The notes under the pieces are model-generated. The model saw nothing but the letters and a program-made list of their open reading frames with translations, was not told where the DNA came from and did not search any database. A DNA stretch of 18,442 nucleotides from Oligoflexales bacterium (lineage in GTDB: Bacteria > Bdellovibrionota_B > Oligoflexia > Oligoflexales > Bog-1112), in contig JBGCDR010000169.1 in assembly GCA_045105515.1 (NCBI GenBank), positions 1 to 18,442 on the forward strand. Reading direction: 5' to 3'. A program made the position numbers and the translations under genes. Of this stretch, positions 1-6,965 are shown one piece after another; within the stretch, counting starts at the first letter, position 1; every line of letters starts with the position of its first letter.

Positions 1-140
1 GCCATTGTTAGATTATGCTTGAATAGTCAAAAAAATACATCTCAAATATTTTTGACAACAAAAATTTTGTTAAAAAAATATGCTGAACCCATTTTAACGT
101 ACTTCAAAATTTGGTTAAAAGCTTACTTGAATCAACCCTG
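1..140. mobile_element. End of an insertion sequence (CAGGG terminus, ISAs1-like); terminal repeat at 122-140
   Basis: Minus strand 140->122 reads CAGGGTTGATTCAAGTAAG, 17/19 identical to 18304-18322. Prim-Pol homology stops at this point. Plus-strand frame 1 is open from base 1 through the repeat (...WLKAYLNQP), which could be a transposase C-terminus. Confidence 0.7.
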
Positions 141-384
141 CGAGAACTACTAGGTTTGAAATCTTACTAGTTGCAATTCCTACATTGCAATCAGGCCATT
201 TTTCTAGCCAGCCATTAACTATTTTTAGGTTGTTTGATGCATCATGAACCCCTCTACTTGTGATGGGATGCTTTCCGATACTTGTGCATTTGGGATTTAG
301 GCAACTGCATTTATGATCTCCTATAGGTGTATGAACAGGGATTACAAAATAGCCCAAATTCGTTAGACTGGTGATTGATTGCAT
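141..384 (-). pseudogene. Bifunctional DNA primase/polymerase (Prim-Pol) N-terminal part, interrupted by IS
   Basis: GYFVIPVH..CSC..C..IGKHP...GVHDAS...W.KWPDCNVGIAT...LVVL is the typical Prim-Pol N-terminus. The expected catalytic DxD right after LVVL is replaced by IS-derived AGLIQVSF*. GGAGG-type RBS upstream. Confidence 0.85.
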
Positions 385-417
385 CGGCTCCTCCGATCTA
401 ATTAGAAATATTTTTGA

Positions 418-455
418 AAATAGAACTTATTAGTAATACCATATTAGTTCTATTT
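418..455. promoter_or_regulatory. Inverted repeat between divergent Prim-Pol and XRE genes; putative operator
   Basis: AAATAGAACTTAT (418-430) / ATTAGTTCTATTT (443-455), 12/13 complementary. Confidence 0.5.
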
Positions 456-486
456 GAGATGTCAACTCGTACCTCATGGCGGTAGT

Positions 487-870
487 ATGTCCAGCAAAGA
501 TCTTTTTTTGAACAGCGTTGGCGAGGTTATTCATCAAATACGTAAAGAAAAAAAGCTCACTCAGGAACAGCTTGCTGTTAATTCTGGCATCTCTTCAATG
601 ACCATAAAGCGCTTAGAGGCCGCAAAAGCTTCCATACAAATTGATAAGCTAAATGCTATTGCTAAGTGTCTAGGTGTTAATGTTGCGGAAATTTTTAGAA
701 GGGCTGAGGGCGTAAAGTTGGATACCCCTACTTTGCCTGAAAACTCTGAAATCAATGTAATCCTCCAGGAGGTTGAGCAGCTTTCAATGGTGGAAAGGCA
801 GTGGTTTATGAAGTTAATGAAGGACGCATTGAACAATCCATGGTCGAGAAGAGCTGTACAGGAAAATTAG
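487..870 (+). CDS. XRE/Cro-CI family HTH transcriptional regulator
   Basis: IHQIRKEKKLTQEQLAVNSGISSMTIKRLE...LNAIAKCLGV. ATG 487 is preferred over the TTG at 454. Confidence 0.9.
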   Translation: MSSKDLFLNSVGEVIHQIRKEKKLTQEQLAVNSGISSMTIKRLEAAKASIQIDKLNAIAKCLGVNVAEIFRRAEGVKLDTPTLPENSEINVILQEVEQLSMVERQWFMKLMKDALNNPWSRRAVQEN

Positions 871-878
871 TTTTTTAG

Positions 879-968
879 GATCTTTTGGCACTTTTGGCAC
901 TTTTGGCACCTGGTATAATTGGTTCATATTGTCTGTTTAGTAATAGGTGCCAAAAGTGCCAAAAGATC
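879..968. repeat. Inverted array of 9-bp units: (CTTTTGGCA)x3 ... (TGCCAAAAG)x2
   Basis: GATC-TTTTGGCA-CTTTTGGCA-CTTTTGGCA-CCT at 879-911 and AGGTGCCAAAAGTGCCAAAAGATC at 945-968. Confidence 0.9.
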
Positions 969-981
969 TTTTTAGAGGAAT

Positions 982-1332
982 ATGAGAGCAAAAAAATCTA
1001 GAGAAAGAGTGCTCAAGGATCTGATCTGTTTTTCAGCCCCTATAGAAGAGTTAAAACACCTGCTGTCACAATTTAGCTGGGATAGTGAGTCAGAAGTTGA
1101 TCTCAGATCTGAAGATCTGGTAAATCTGTTGCACAGATATTTAAATAAACAGATATCCTCTGACGATTTGTCTGAATGGGCTAATCTGATAGAATGCCGC
1201 GAAGATCTCAGATATGAAGACGAAGTTAAGCAGATTATTTTCGAAGCAGCCAACCCAGATCTGGAGGGTGTTTTATCTGAGGAAAAAGTAAGGGGATGGT
1301 TGGTGAAACTTGGAAGGTTGATCCCAAAATAG
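982..1332 (+). CDS. Hypothetical acidic protein (116 aa)
   Basis: ATG with GAGGA RBS; protein-like composition (FSWD, EWANLIECRED, ANP); no function recognised. Confidence 0.7.
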   Translation: MRAKKSRERVLKDLICFSAPIEELKHLLSQFSWDSESEVDLRSEDLVNLLHRYLNKQISSDDLSEWANLIECREDLRYEDEVKQIIFEAANPDLEGVLSEEKVRGWLVKLGRLIPK

Positions 1333-1439
1333 CTGGGGTGGCGAATAAATTAAACAGGCTGGCCCCTACAGAGAAAGAATGGTTTTCCGACATAATTGAT
1401 AAAATACAGGAAAATCCTTGGGTAGTTAATCGAGATTGA
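1317..1439 (+). pseudogene. C-terminal fragment of a second XRE paralogue
   Basis: VDPKIAGVANKLNRLAPTEKEWFSDIIDKIQENPWVVNRD* matches the 3' end of the XRE at 8411-8774 and aligns with the ERQWF...NNPW tail of 487-870. The HTH half is missing. Confidence 0.8.
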
Positions 1440-1447
1440 TCTGTAAC

Positions 1448-1529
1448 TTTTGTCAGTTTTGTCAGGTTCAAAAAACACCTCTAGTTTAGTTTCTCGATAA
1501 GATTTTTTTACCTGACAAAATTGACAAAA
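1448..1529. repeat. Inverted array of 9-bp units: (TTTTGTCAG)x2 ... CTGACAAAA-TTGACAAAA
   Basis: Arms at 1448-1467 and 1510-1529. Confidence 0.9.
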
Positions 1530-1574
1530 ATTTAAGAAGAGGAGTAAAAATTCTAGGAAGTGTGCTTAAGAATC

Positions 1575-2705
1575 TTATTTGGAACCTGCCTTCTTGCCCG
1601 TTTTAAATGTAAGCGGGTATTTCACATCGATACTTTCTTCAGAATTAATTTCTGGAAATAAAAATTGATGCATAGCGTTGATTATGCATGCGTTCATCTT
1701 TGGTTCATTGATTTTGGTTTGGCTGTTCTCGACCTTGGCAACTTTTCCTTTTGGAGTGACAGTCATTTGAAAATGCATAGTACCCTTGAGATTATCCCTA
1801 TTTTTCGCTAAGTCGTAGCAAGGCTTTATTTGGTTTAATTGTTGCTTAATAAGTTCCAGATTATCTTCTTTAGAATGCTTAGGAACTAGATTGTCGAAGA
1901 TTTCTTTGAGATTATATAGAACTAGTTCTTCATTTGGTATTACGTTAAAACTGAATGGATAATTAACAGTGACTTTCTTGTTTCCCCTCGGCCTAGGGTA
2001 AATCCAAGATAATGCTATTGAAGTAACACATGATTCCATTCGACTATTATTAATTGAGGAATGGGTAACTTCAGCTTTTTCAGTAGTGCCGTCAATATCG
2101 ATGACAAAACGGATTTGTATTTTACCTTCTATACTGACTTCTCGTAACTCAATTTCATAGCATTCTCTAATTTGATTAAGCTTTTTCCTGATAGGACCTA
2201 GGATTTCGTCCTGTGTAAGGCCGCCTGTTCCCGAGCCATCTACCGCCTTGACCCTTTTATCTGATAACCCTTTAAAAAATTCAGTCACACGCTTACCAGC
2301 CTTGATTTTCGTGGAATATTTAAATTTTTCGCCAGTAAATTTGACTGTAACTAAAACGGTTCCAATATATTTTATTGCACCTTTTTTAACGTCAAAAACT
2401 GACCTTTTCTTATCATGGGTAGCCCATTTTCTAAAACATTCGACAAAAAAGGAATATTTTCCTTCTTCAACGCGCAGGATATAATCATGATTTCCTGGTT
2501 TAATATTGACCTTATAGCTTGTGCCAATCCCTGGGTTGCCATTTCTTATTTCTAACCAACAAGAATCTTTATTTGTAGTATAGTCCGCAGTAAAGGCAAA
2601 AAAAGTACCATTTTCATCCTTTTCCAGAGACTTTATAGTTTCCATAGGATGATATGAAACACAGGATAGGATCAAAGTAGTTAAAAGAATTATGACCTTG
2701 GACAT
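1575..2705 (-). CDS. Lipoprotein with two AgmX/PglI (TonB C-terminal-like) domains
   Basis: Lipobox ILSC. GGLTQDEI..IRKKLNQIRECYE..EGKIQIRFVI..G..MESCV..WIYPRP..VTVNYPFSF, then a second repeat IKPCYD..GTMHFQMTVTPKGKV..NACI..FP..VKYPLTF. Confidence 0.85.
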   Translation of the reverse strand: MSKVIILLTTLILSCVSYHPMETIKSLEKDENGTFFAFTADYTTNKDSCWLEIRNGNPGIGTSYKVNIKPGNHDYILRVEEGKYSFFVECFRKWATHDKKRSVFDVKKGAIKYIGTVLVTVKFTGEKFKYSTKIKAGKRVTEFFKGLSDKRVKAVDGSGTGGLTQDEILGPIRKKLNQIRECYEIELREVSIEGKIQIRFVIDIDGTTEKAEVTHSSINNSRMESCVTSIALSWIYPRPRGNKKVTVNYPFSFNVIPNEELVLYNLKEIFDNLVPKHSKEDNLELIKQQLNQIKPCYDLAKNRDNLKGTMHFQMTVTPKGKVAKVENSQTKINEPKMNACIINAMHQFLFPEINSEESIDVKYPLTFKTGKKAGSK

Positions 2706-2737
2706 GAATGCACCATTATATGTAAATTTCTATTTTA

Positions 2738-2764
2738 TTATCGGCAAACTATTGTGACTTATTA
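2738..2764 (-). promoter_or_regulatory. Putative sigma28 (FliA) promoter
   Basis: Minus strand TAAT-N15-GCCGATAA, 32 bp upstream of the start codon; the -10 box is also conserved in copy B (9324-9331). Confidence 0.6.
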
Positions 2765-2785
2765 GTACCGCGAACTGTCATTTCA

Positions 2786-2863
2786 GATCTTTTGGCACTT
2801 TTGGCACCTACTATATTTAGCTTAGGACCCTCGTGAATTGTGAGGAGTCAAAAGTGCCAAAAG
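2786..2863. repeat. Inverted array of 9-bp CTTTTGGCA units
   Basis: GATCTTTTGGCACTTTTGGCACCT (2786-2809) ... AGGAGTCAAAAGTGCCAAAAG (2843-2863). Confidence 0.85.
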
Positions 2864-3296
2864 TTTAGCTCGCAGGTGTCATGAGCACTTGTCCTTATAC
2901 ATACGGAGATTTTTAAACATTGGGGTGTCCACCTAATAGAAACTGGACAAGAAACAATGCATAAAAGCAATACAGTTAGGATATGAGGAATAAAAATAAT
3001 GCAGTAATATCAATGGATTGATGATTGTGTCTGAAACTATCAATAGTAGGCGGGTAGTACCTAGGGTAGTAATTGATTAATTACCACAATTGGCTTCAAA
3101 AAATATTGGCAGGAGATTTACCATCCTTCTCTGAATTAAACAGATTGCTTACAAATGTGTTTCACAACAAGTGTATATCGCCCTCAGAAGATTTGTGTAC
3201 GATGTTTTTTAGCTACATATCTTAGCTTCACTCATCTCGCATGATTTTGATCGATGTCCATTGAGAAAAATTTTGTAATTTTTCAAACCTTGTTTC

Positions 3297-3584
3297 ATGG
3301 AAAAACTATTTTATGTCTACATTTTGACAAATAAACATCACACAGTTTTTTACACGGGTATAACAAATAATCTTGAAAGGAGGCATTCAGAACATGTTGG
3401 TAGATGCTCTAGTTTTACGAGAAAATATAACATCCATAAGCTCGTCTATTATGAAAATCATACGAAAGCTCCTGATGCAATTGCTCGAGAAAAACAGATC
3501 AAAAAATGGGCTAGGAGGAAGAAGGTATTCTTGATTGAATTGATGAATCCTGCTTGGAAGGATCTTGCCTTGGCTCAATGTTGA
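3297..3584 (+). CDS. GIY-YIG nuclease (UPF0213/YhbQ-like)
   Basis: FYVYIL..FYTGITNNLERR.SEH..FTRKYN..KLVYYE..AIAREKQIKKW.R.KK..LIE.MNP.W.DL. Confidence 0.92.
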   Translation: MEKLFYVYILTNKHHTVFYTGITNNLERRHSEHVGRCSSFTRKYNIHKLVYYENHTKAPDAIAREKQIKKWARRKKVFLIELMNPAWKDLALAQC

Positions 3585-3730
3585 TTTTATAGATATAAGC
3601 ATACAGTCAGGAATGGCTGGATAGCCCTTGTTAAATAAGAATAGAGGGTTATTTGCGGTTGGGTCTGAGAATATTTTCGGGTGTTTCTCAAGGGATTCTC
3701 GATCAATTTTTGGCTGAGATATTTGTCGAT

Positions 3731-3766
3731 GAGATCTCTCCATGCGCTACGCTTAGTCGAGATGAC
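3731..3766 (-). repeat. GTCA-type REP-like palindromic unit
   Basis: Minus strand GTCATCTCGACTAAGCGTAGCGCATGGAGAGATCTC, similar to 5451-5478 and 5559-5587. Confidence 0.65.
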
Positions 3767-3791
3767 TAAAAGGTAAAGGGATGTTAAGAGA

Positions 3792-5042
3792 TTAGTGCCA
3801 GATATCATTAATTTGCAAAGCTTTCTTGGCCTCAAATGCATGCTCCTGTGTGACCTTTGAGTCCGCAGCATCGATAAATTCTAGATTTTCAAGTCCAAAC
3901 AAAGGTGAAAGGTCTTCAACAAGAGTTTTTGCTACGGTTAGTGCAACGAGTTCTTGCAGTTGGCTAAGTGGAGACAGGTCTCTAACCGATGTCTCGGCTA
4001 CATCAATTGACCTTATATTCGGAAAATTTATAATTGCAGAAAAATCGCTAATATTTGTTCTTTTTGCTTCTAATTGTATAAGGTTTGTTAGATTACCTAA
4101 TGATGAAAGATCTCCAAAATTCGTATCATGTAATTCTAAAAATTTTAAAGCTTTCAGGCTAGATATAGGAGAATAGTCTTTAATATTTAAACTCCCATTA
4201 AGGGTTAACTTAGTTATCTTGGAGAGGTTTGCAATAGGACTGATATCCGTCATAATGCCCCGAAGATTTAACTCAGTAAGATTTGTAAGACTTGAAATAG
4301 CGCCTATGTTATTTGAATTGCTATTGGCCAAATATAGCGACTCAACATTTATTAATGCATTTATTGGACCTAAGTCGTCCACATTTTCGATCACGATAAA
4401 TAAATACTTTAAGTTTACCAATCCATTTAGAGGGCTAATATCAAGAATCCAGTCGCTATCTAGAGTTAACCTTTCAAGGCTTGTTAGCTGGCTAATTGAA
4501 GATAAGTCATTAACATTTGTTCTGAATAGTTCAAGTTTATTTAAATTTGTTAAATACTTAATTGGAGTTATGTCTTGTATGGGAACGTTATTTAAATCCA
4601 ATTCCTTTAAATTTTCCAGGTATCTAACCGGATAAAAGGATTTAATCGTGGTGTCATGTATGCTTAGAACCTGCAAATTCTCTAATTTTTCTACTGGCGC
4701 AAGGTCTAAATGCCCTTCAAAGTCCCTACTTATTGCCAATCTATTTAGCGTTTGGAGCTTCTCTTGAAGCTCAGTACAATCATCTTTCTTATAGTTAACC
4801 AATAAATAATCGATCAGCTTTTTTTTATTTTCGTCTAGCTGAGGGGATTCACACCACTCTACAAGAGATTTTGGTGAATAATTAGAGAAGTCAATTTTCT
4901 CTTCAAAGTCTTGAGGCAAACTGGGGCCAAATCCTATTCTATCGTCAATATCTCCTGGGGTGATCTGATCATCATCTTGATTTGTGCAACCACAGCAGAC
5001 ACACAGAAATAGCATAAGTAACAAGTGAAATTGGCTGACCAT
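3792..5042 (-). CDS. Internalin-like leucine-rich repeat lipoprotein
   Basis: Hydrophobic leader ending CCGC; about 13 repeats of ~22 aa, LxxLxLxxxxIxDLSPLxxLxN; GGAG RBS. Confidence 0.9.
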   Translation of the reverse strand: MVSQFHLLLMLFLCVCCGCTNQDDDQITPGDIDDRIGFGPSLPQDFEEKIDFSNYSPKSLVEWCESPQLDENKKKLIDYLLVNYKKDDCTELQEKLQTLNRLAISRDFEGHLDLAPVEKLENLQVLSIHDTTIKSFYPVRYLENLKELDLNNVPIQDITPIKYLTNLNKLELFRTNVNDLSSISQLTSLERLTLDSDWILDISPLNGLVNLKYLFIVIENVDDLGPINALINVESLYLANSNSNNIGAISSLTNLTELNLRGIMTDISPIANLSKITKLTLNGSLNIKDYSPISSLKALKFLELHDTNFGDLSSLGNLTNLIQLEAKRTNISDFSAIINFPNIRSIDVAETSVRDLSPLSQLQELVALTVAKTLVEDLSPLFGLENLEFIDAADSKVTQEHAFEAKKALQINDIWH

Positions 5043-5171
5043 TTTTTATAGCTCCGTTGCGTTACCTTCGACAACATATCGGGAGATTACCTGTGTCTCT
5101 CTATCAAAAAAAATATTTATAAAGATAACCGATAGATAGAATCCGTTGGAATTGAATGAAAAGGAAGTTGC

Positions 5172-5324
5172 ATGATTCATAAATTACGTGAGTGGGTGGT
5201 AGTATTTTTGGGTATATTTTGGGACCCACCATCGCAAGTAGACCAATTTTCAGGTAAGGTGCGGGAATTTAATCCACATAATCAACTGAAATCATATGAA
5301 GTCACACTTCAGCAAAACTATTAG
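5172..5324 (+). CDS. Possible 50-aa small protein (not in ORF track)
   Basis: MIHKLREWVVVFLGIFWDPPSQVDQFSGKVREFNPHNQLKSYEVTLQQNY*; AAGGA RBS at 5161-5165; ACCGATAG sigma28-like -10 at 5128-5135. Confidence 0.4.
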   Translation: MIHKLREWVVVFLGIFWDPPSQVDQFSGKVREFNPHNQLKSYEVTLQQNY

Positions 5325-5339
5325 AAAGCTCTCTTCGTA

Positions 5340-5385
5340 GCTGTTAACCACCTTGTCGGCGGTTCGAGTCCGTCCTGAGGAGCCA
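5340..5385 (+). tRNA. 3' half of tRNA-Asn(GTT); att-site duplicate, not a complete tRNA
   Basis: CTGTTAA anticodon loop, CCACC, variable loop, T-arm GGCGG-TTCGAGT-CCGTC, acceptor strand CTGAGGA-G-CCA. No 5' acceptor strand (TCCTCAG) or D-arm upstream. Confidence 0.9.
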
Positions 5386-5400
5386 TTAATAAGTTTTTTA

Positions 5401-5427
5401 AAGCTCAGTTTTTACTGGGCTTTTTTT
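5401..5427 (+). terminator. Rho-independent terminator after the tRNA 3' end
   Basis: AAGCTCAGT-TTTT-ACTGGGCTT stem-loop running into a T tract. Confidence 0.7.
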
Positions 5428-5450
5428 GCGTCTAGAGTTTAAATACCGCC

Positions 5451-5587
5451 GTCATCGCGACTGAAATGGAGCGATCTCCCCCGATTGTGGGTATTTTTTT
5501 GGGGCCTAAAATAAAATAGTGGATTTTGTTTCCTCCTGATCGTCGGCTAATGTCATTAGTCACCCCGAGCGATAGTCGAGGGGTCTC
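5451..5587 (+). repeat. Two GTCA-type REP-like units
   Basis: GTCATCGCGACTGAAATGGAGCGATCTC (5451-5478) and GTCACCCCGAGCGATAGTCGAGGGGTCTC (5559-5587). Confidence 0.65.
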
Positions 5588-5763
5588 CTCCTCAATTCTT
5601 TTTGTAACTCACAACTTCAACTCCAAAAAAAGGGTATCCATCCTTTCTTCTTTATCAAAGTTATCGCCCTGCTGGCAAAAAGGTTTTCGATTAATCAATC
5701 TTTTTGGTGGTAAATCGGCTGTGCTAAAATGTTATTATTCTTCTCTTTAAAACTAAAAAAAAT

Positions 5764-6443
5764 ATGTCGATGAAAATAGTCAAATATCTAATTCCAATGG
5801 TCCTTATTTCGACAAAAATGTCTTTGGCAGAACCACTGACATTTCGTCCATTTGCTGAAATAGGTTTTGGAACTGGACTATCTTACGGCACTTTAGTTCC
5901 ATGGGCAGGAGTACAATATGGCAATCTAGACCTTCAACTTGGGTATGGATACGAAGGGATCAAATCAGCAATTTTAGGAAATCAGAGGTCTTTATTGGTA
6001 GCATGGAACATATCGACAAGATTTGCTGTTACCACCGGATTTTCTTTTTACAAAAGCTCTGGTGTCCGAGCATAGTATATACAAAAAATTATTCTGACGT
6101 ACCTAGAGACCAAAGAGTCAATATTGAAACTACCTGTAGTCAAGGATGTGATAATGGGGTTGAGTTAGAAAGGCAAGCAAGTTGGGAGCTACTTTATAAT
6201 CATTTTGGCCTTAAACTTATGACCGAAAATACCAATAGATCCGGATTCCTAATTGAATTTGGTTGGTCATTTAACATATATACAAAAATATCTACTCGAG
6301 AACAGGAAAATGATGAAGTTTTTGGTGATCCATATGGTATTGGCTCTGACTACGAGAGAGGGAAAGGGTTCTGGGGTGAAGTCGCTGGAAAAGGTGATAA
6401 TGGCCCTTATGCTCGAGTAGGGTATTTTATTTTCTTTAAATAG
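5764..6443 (+). pseudogene. Exported, probably outer-membrane beta-barrel protein split by a frameshift near 6040-6075
   Basis: ORF 5764 has a signal peptide (SLA/EP) and Gly/aromatic alternating strands. The overlapping frame continues protein-like from SIVYTKNY to the terminal strand PYARVGYFIFFK. Confidence 0.65.
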
Positions 6444-6455
6444 AGGTATAAGGAA

Positions 6456-6956
6456 ATGAATCCAGCATTTTTAAGCTCAATTTTTACTTTCATTCTGATT
6501 ATTGTTGGATGTGGTGATTCTACTTACGGCGGGGGGAAACTATGCCTTCCAGAAGGTACTCCCATATCTACACCCAATGGAGATATTACAATCGAAAAAC
6601 TTAAGATTGCTGATTTGGTATTTAGTTTTGATCTCGAAAAAAATGAAAAAGTGATCGGCGTTGTAGACGATATTATTTCACATGAAACCCAATCAATGAT
6701 TCAAATTAATCTGAATAATGGTACTCAAATTGATGCTACTGAAGATCATCTTTTTTATCTTCCTCTTGAAAAGAAGTGGGAAAAAGCTGGGAGTTTGAAA
6801 GAAAGCGACAATCTCTTGTTGGAAGATAAAATTCAGCCTACCTCTGTCTTGTCAATTCGCCATATTAAAAATGAGAAACCAATTAAAGTCTTCAACTTGA
6901 AGGTAAGACATTTTGAAAACTCATTCGCATTCAAAGTATTAAATCACTCCTATTAG
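6456..6956 (+). CDS. Lipoprotein with Hint (intein-like/BIL-type) autoprocessing domain and a 10-aa linker
   Basis: Lipobox IVGC19, linker GDSTYGGGKL, block A C30LPEGTPISTPNG..IEKLK, block B ATEDH, W.KAGSL..D, block F VFNLKV..EN.FA, C-terminus VLNHSY. Confidence 0.88.
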   Translation: MNPAFLSSIFTFILIIVGCGDSTYGGGKLCLPEGTPISTPNGDITIEKLKIADLVFSFDLEKNEKVIGVVDDIISHETQSMIQINLNNGTQIDATEDHLFYLPLEKKWEKAGSLKESDNLLLEDKIQPTSVLSIRHIKNEKPIKVFNLKVRHFENSFAFKVLNHSY

Positions 6957-6965
6957 ATAGATTAA

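Larger units (their letters stand above)
1320..3560 (+). repeat. Copy A of a diverged duplicated block (copy B about 8654-9925)
   Basis: Colinear similarity across XRE tail, GTCAG array, AgmX-like gene, GGCAC array, conserved noncoding blocks and GIY-YIG gene. Confidence 0.9.

Noticed and set aside
425..435. ACTTATTAGTA shared with 2757-2767 and its copy-B equivalent as a common XRE operator
   Set aside because: An 11-bp AT-rich match could be chance; the flanking palindrome is not shared
879..2863. Repeats as a CRISPR array
   Set aside because: Units are 9-bp tandem/inverted motifs without regularly spaced unique spacers; no cas genes
5190..5226. TGGGT-rich repeats as integrase arm sites
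   Set aside because: Weak repeats that fall inside a plausible 50-aa ORF; cannot be supported
5300..5385. Complete tRNA-Asn gene
   Set aside because: 5' acceptor strand and D-arm are absent, and the anticodon stem pairs at only 3 of 5 positions
6456..6956. Canonical splicing intein or polymorphic toxin
   Set aside because: No terminal Asn/Gln, no C-extein or toxin domain, no endonuclease domain
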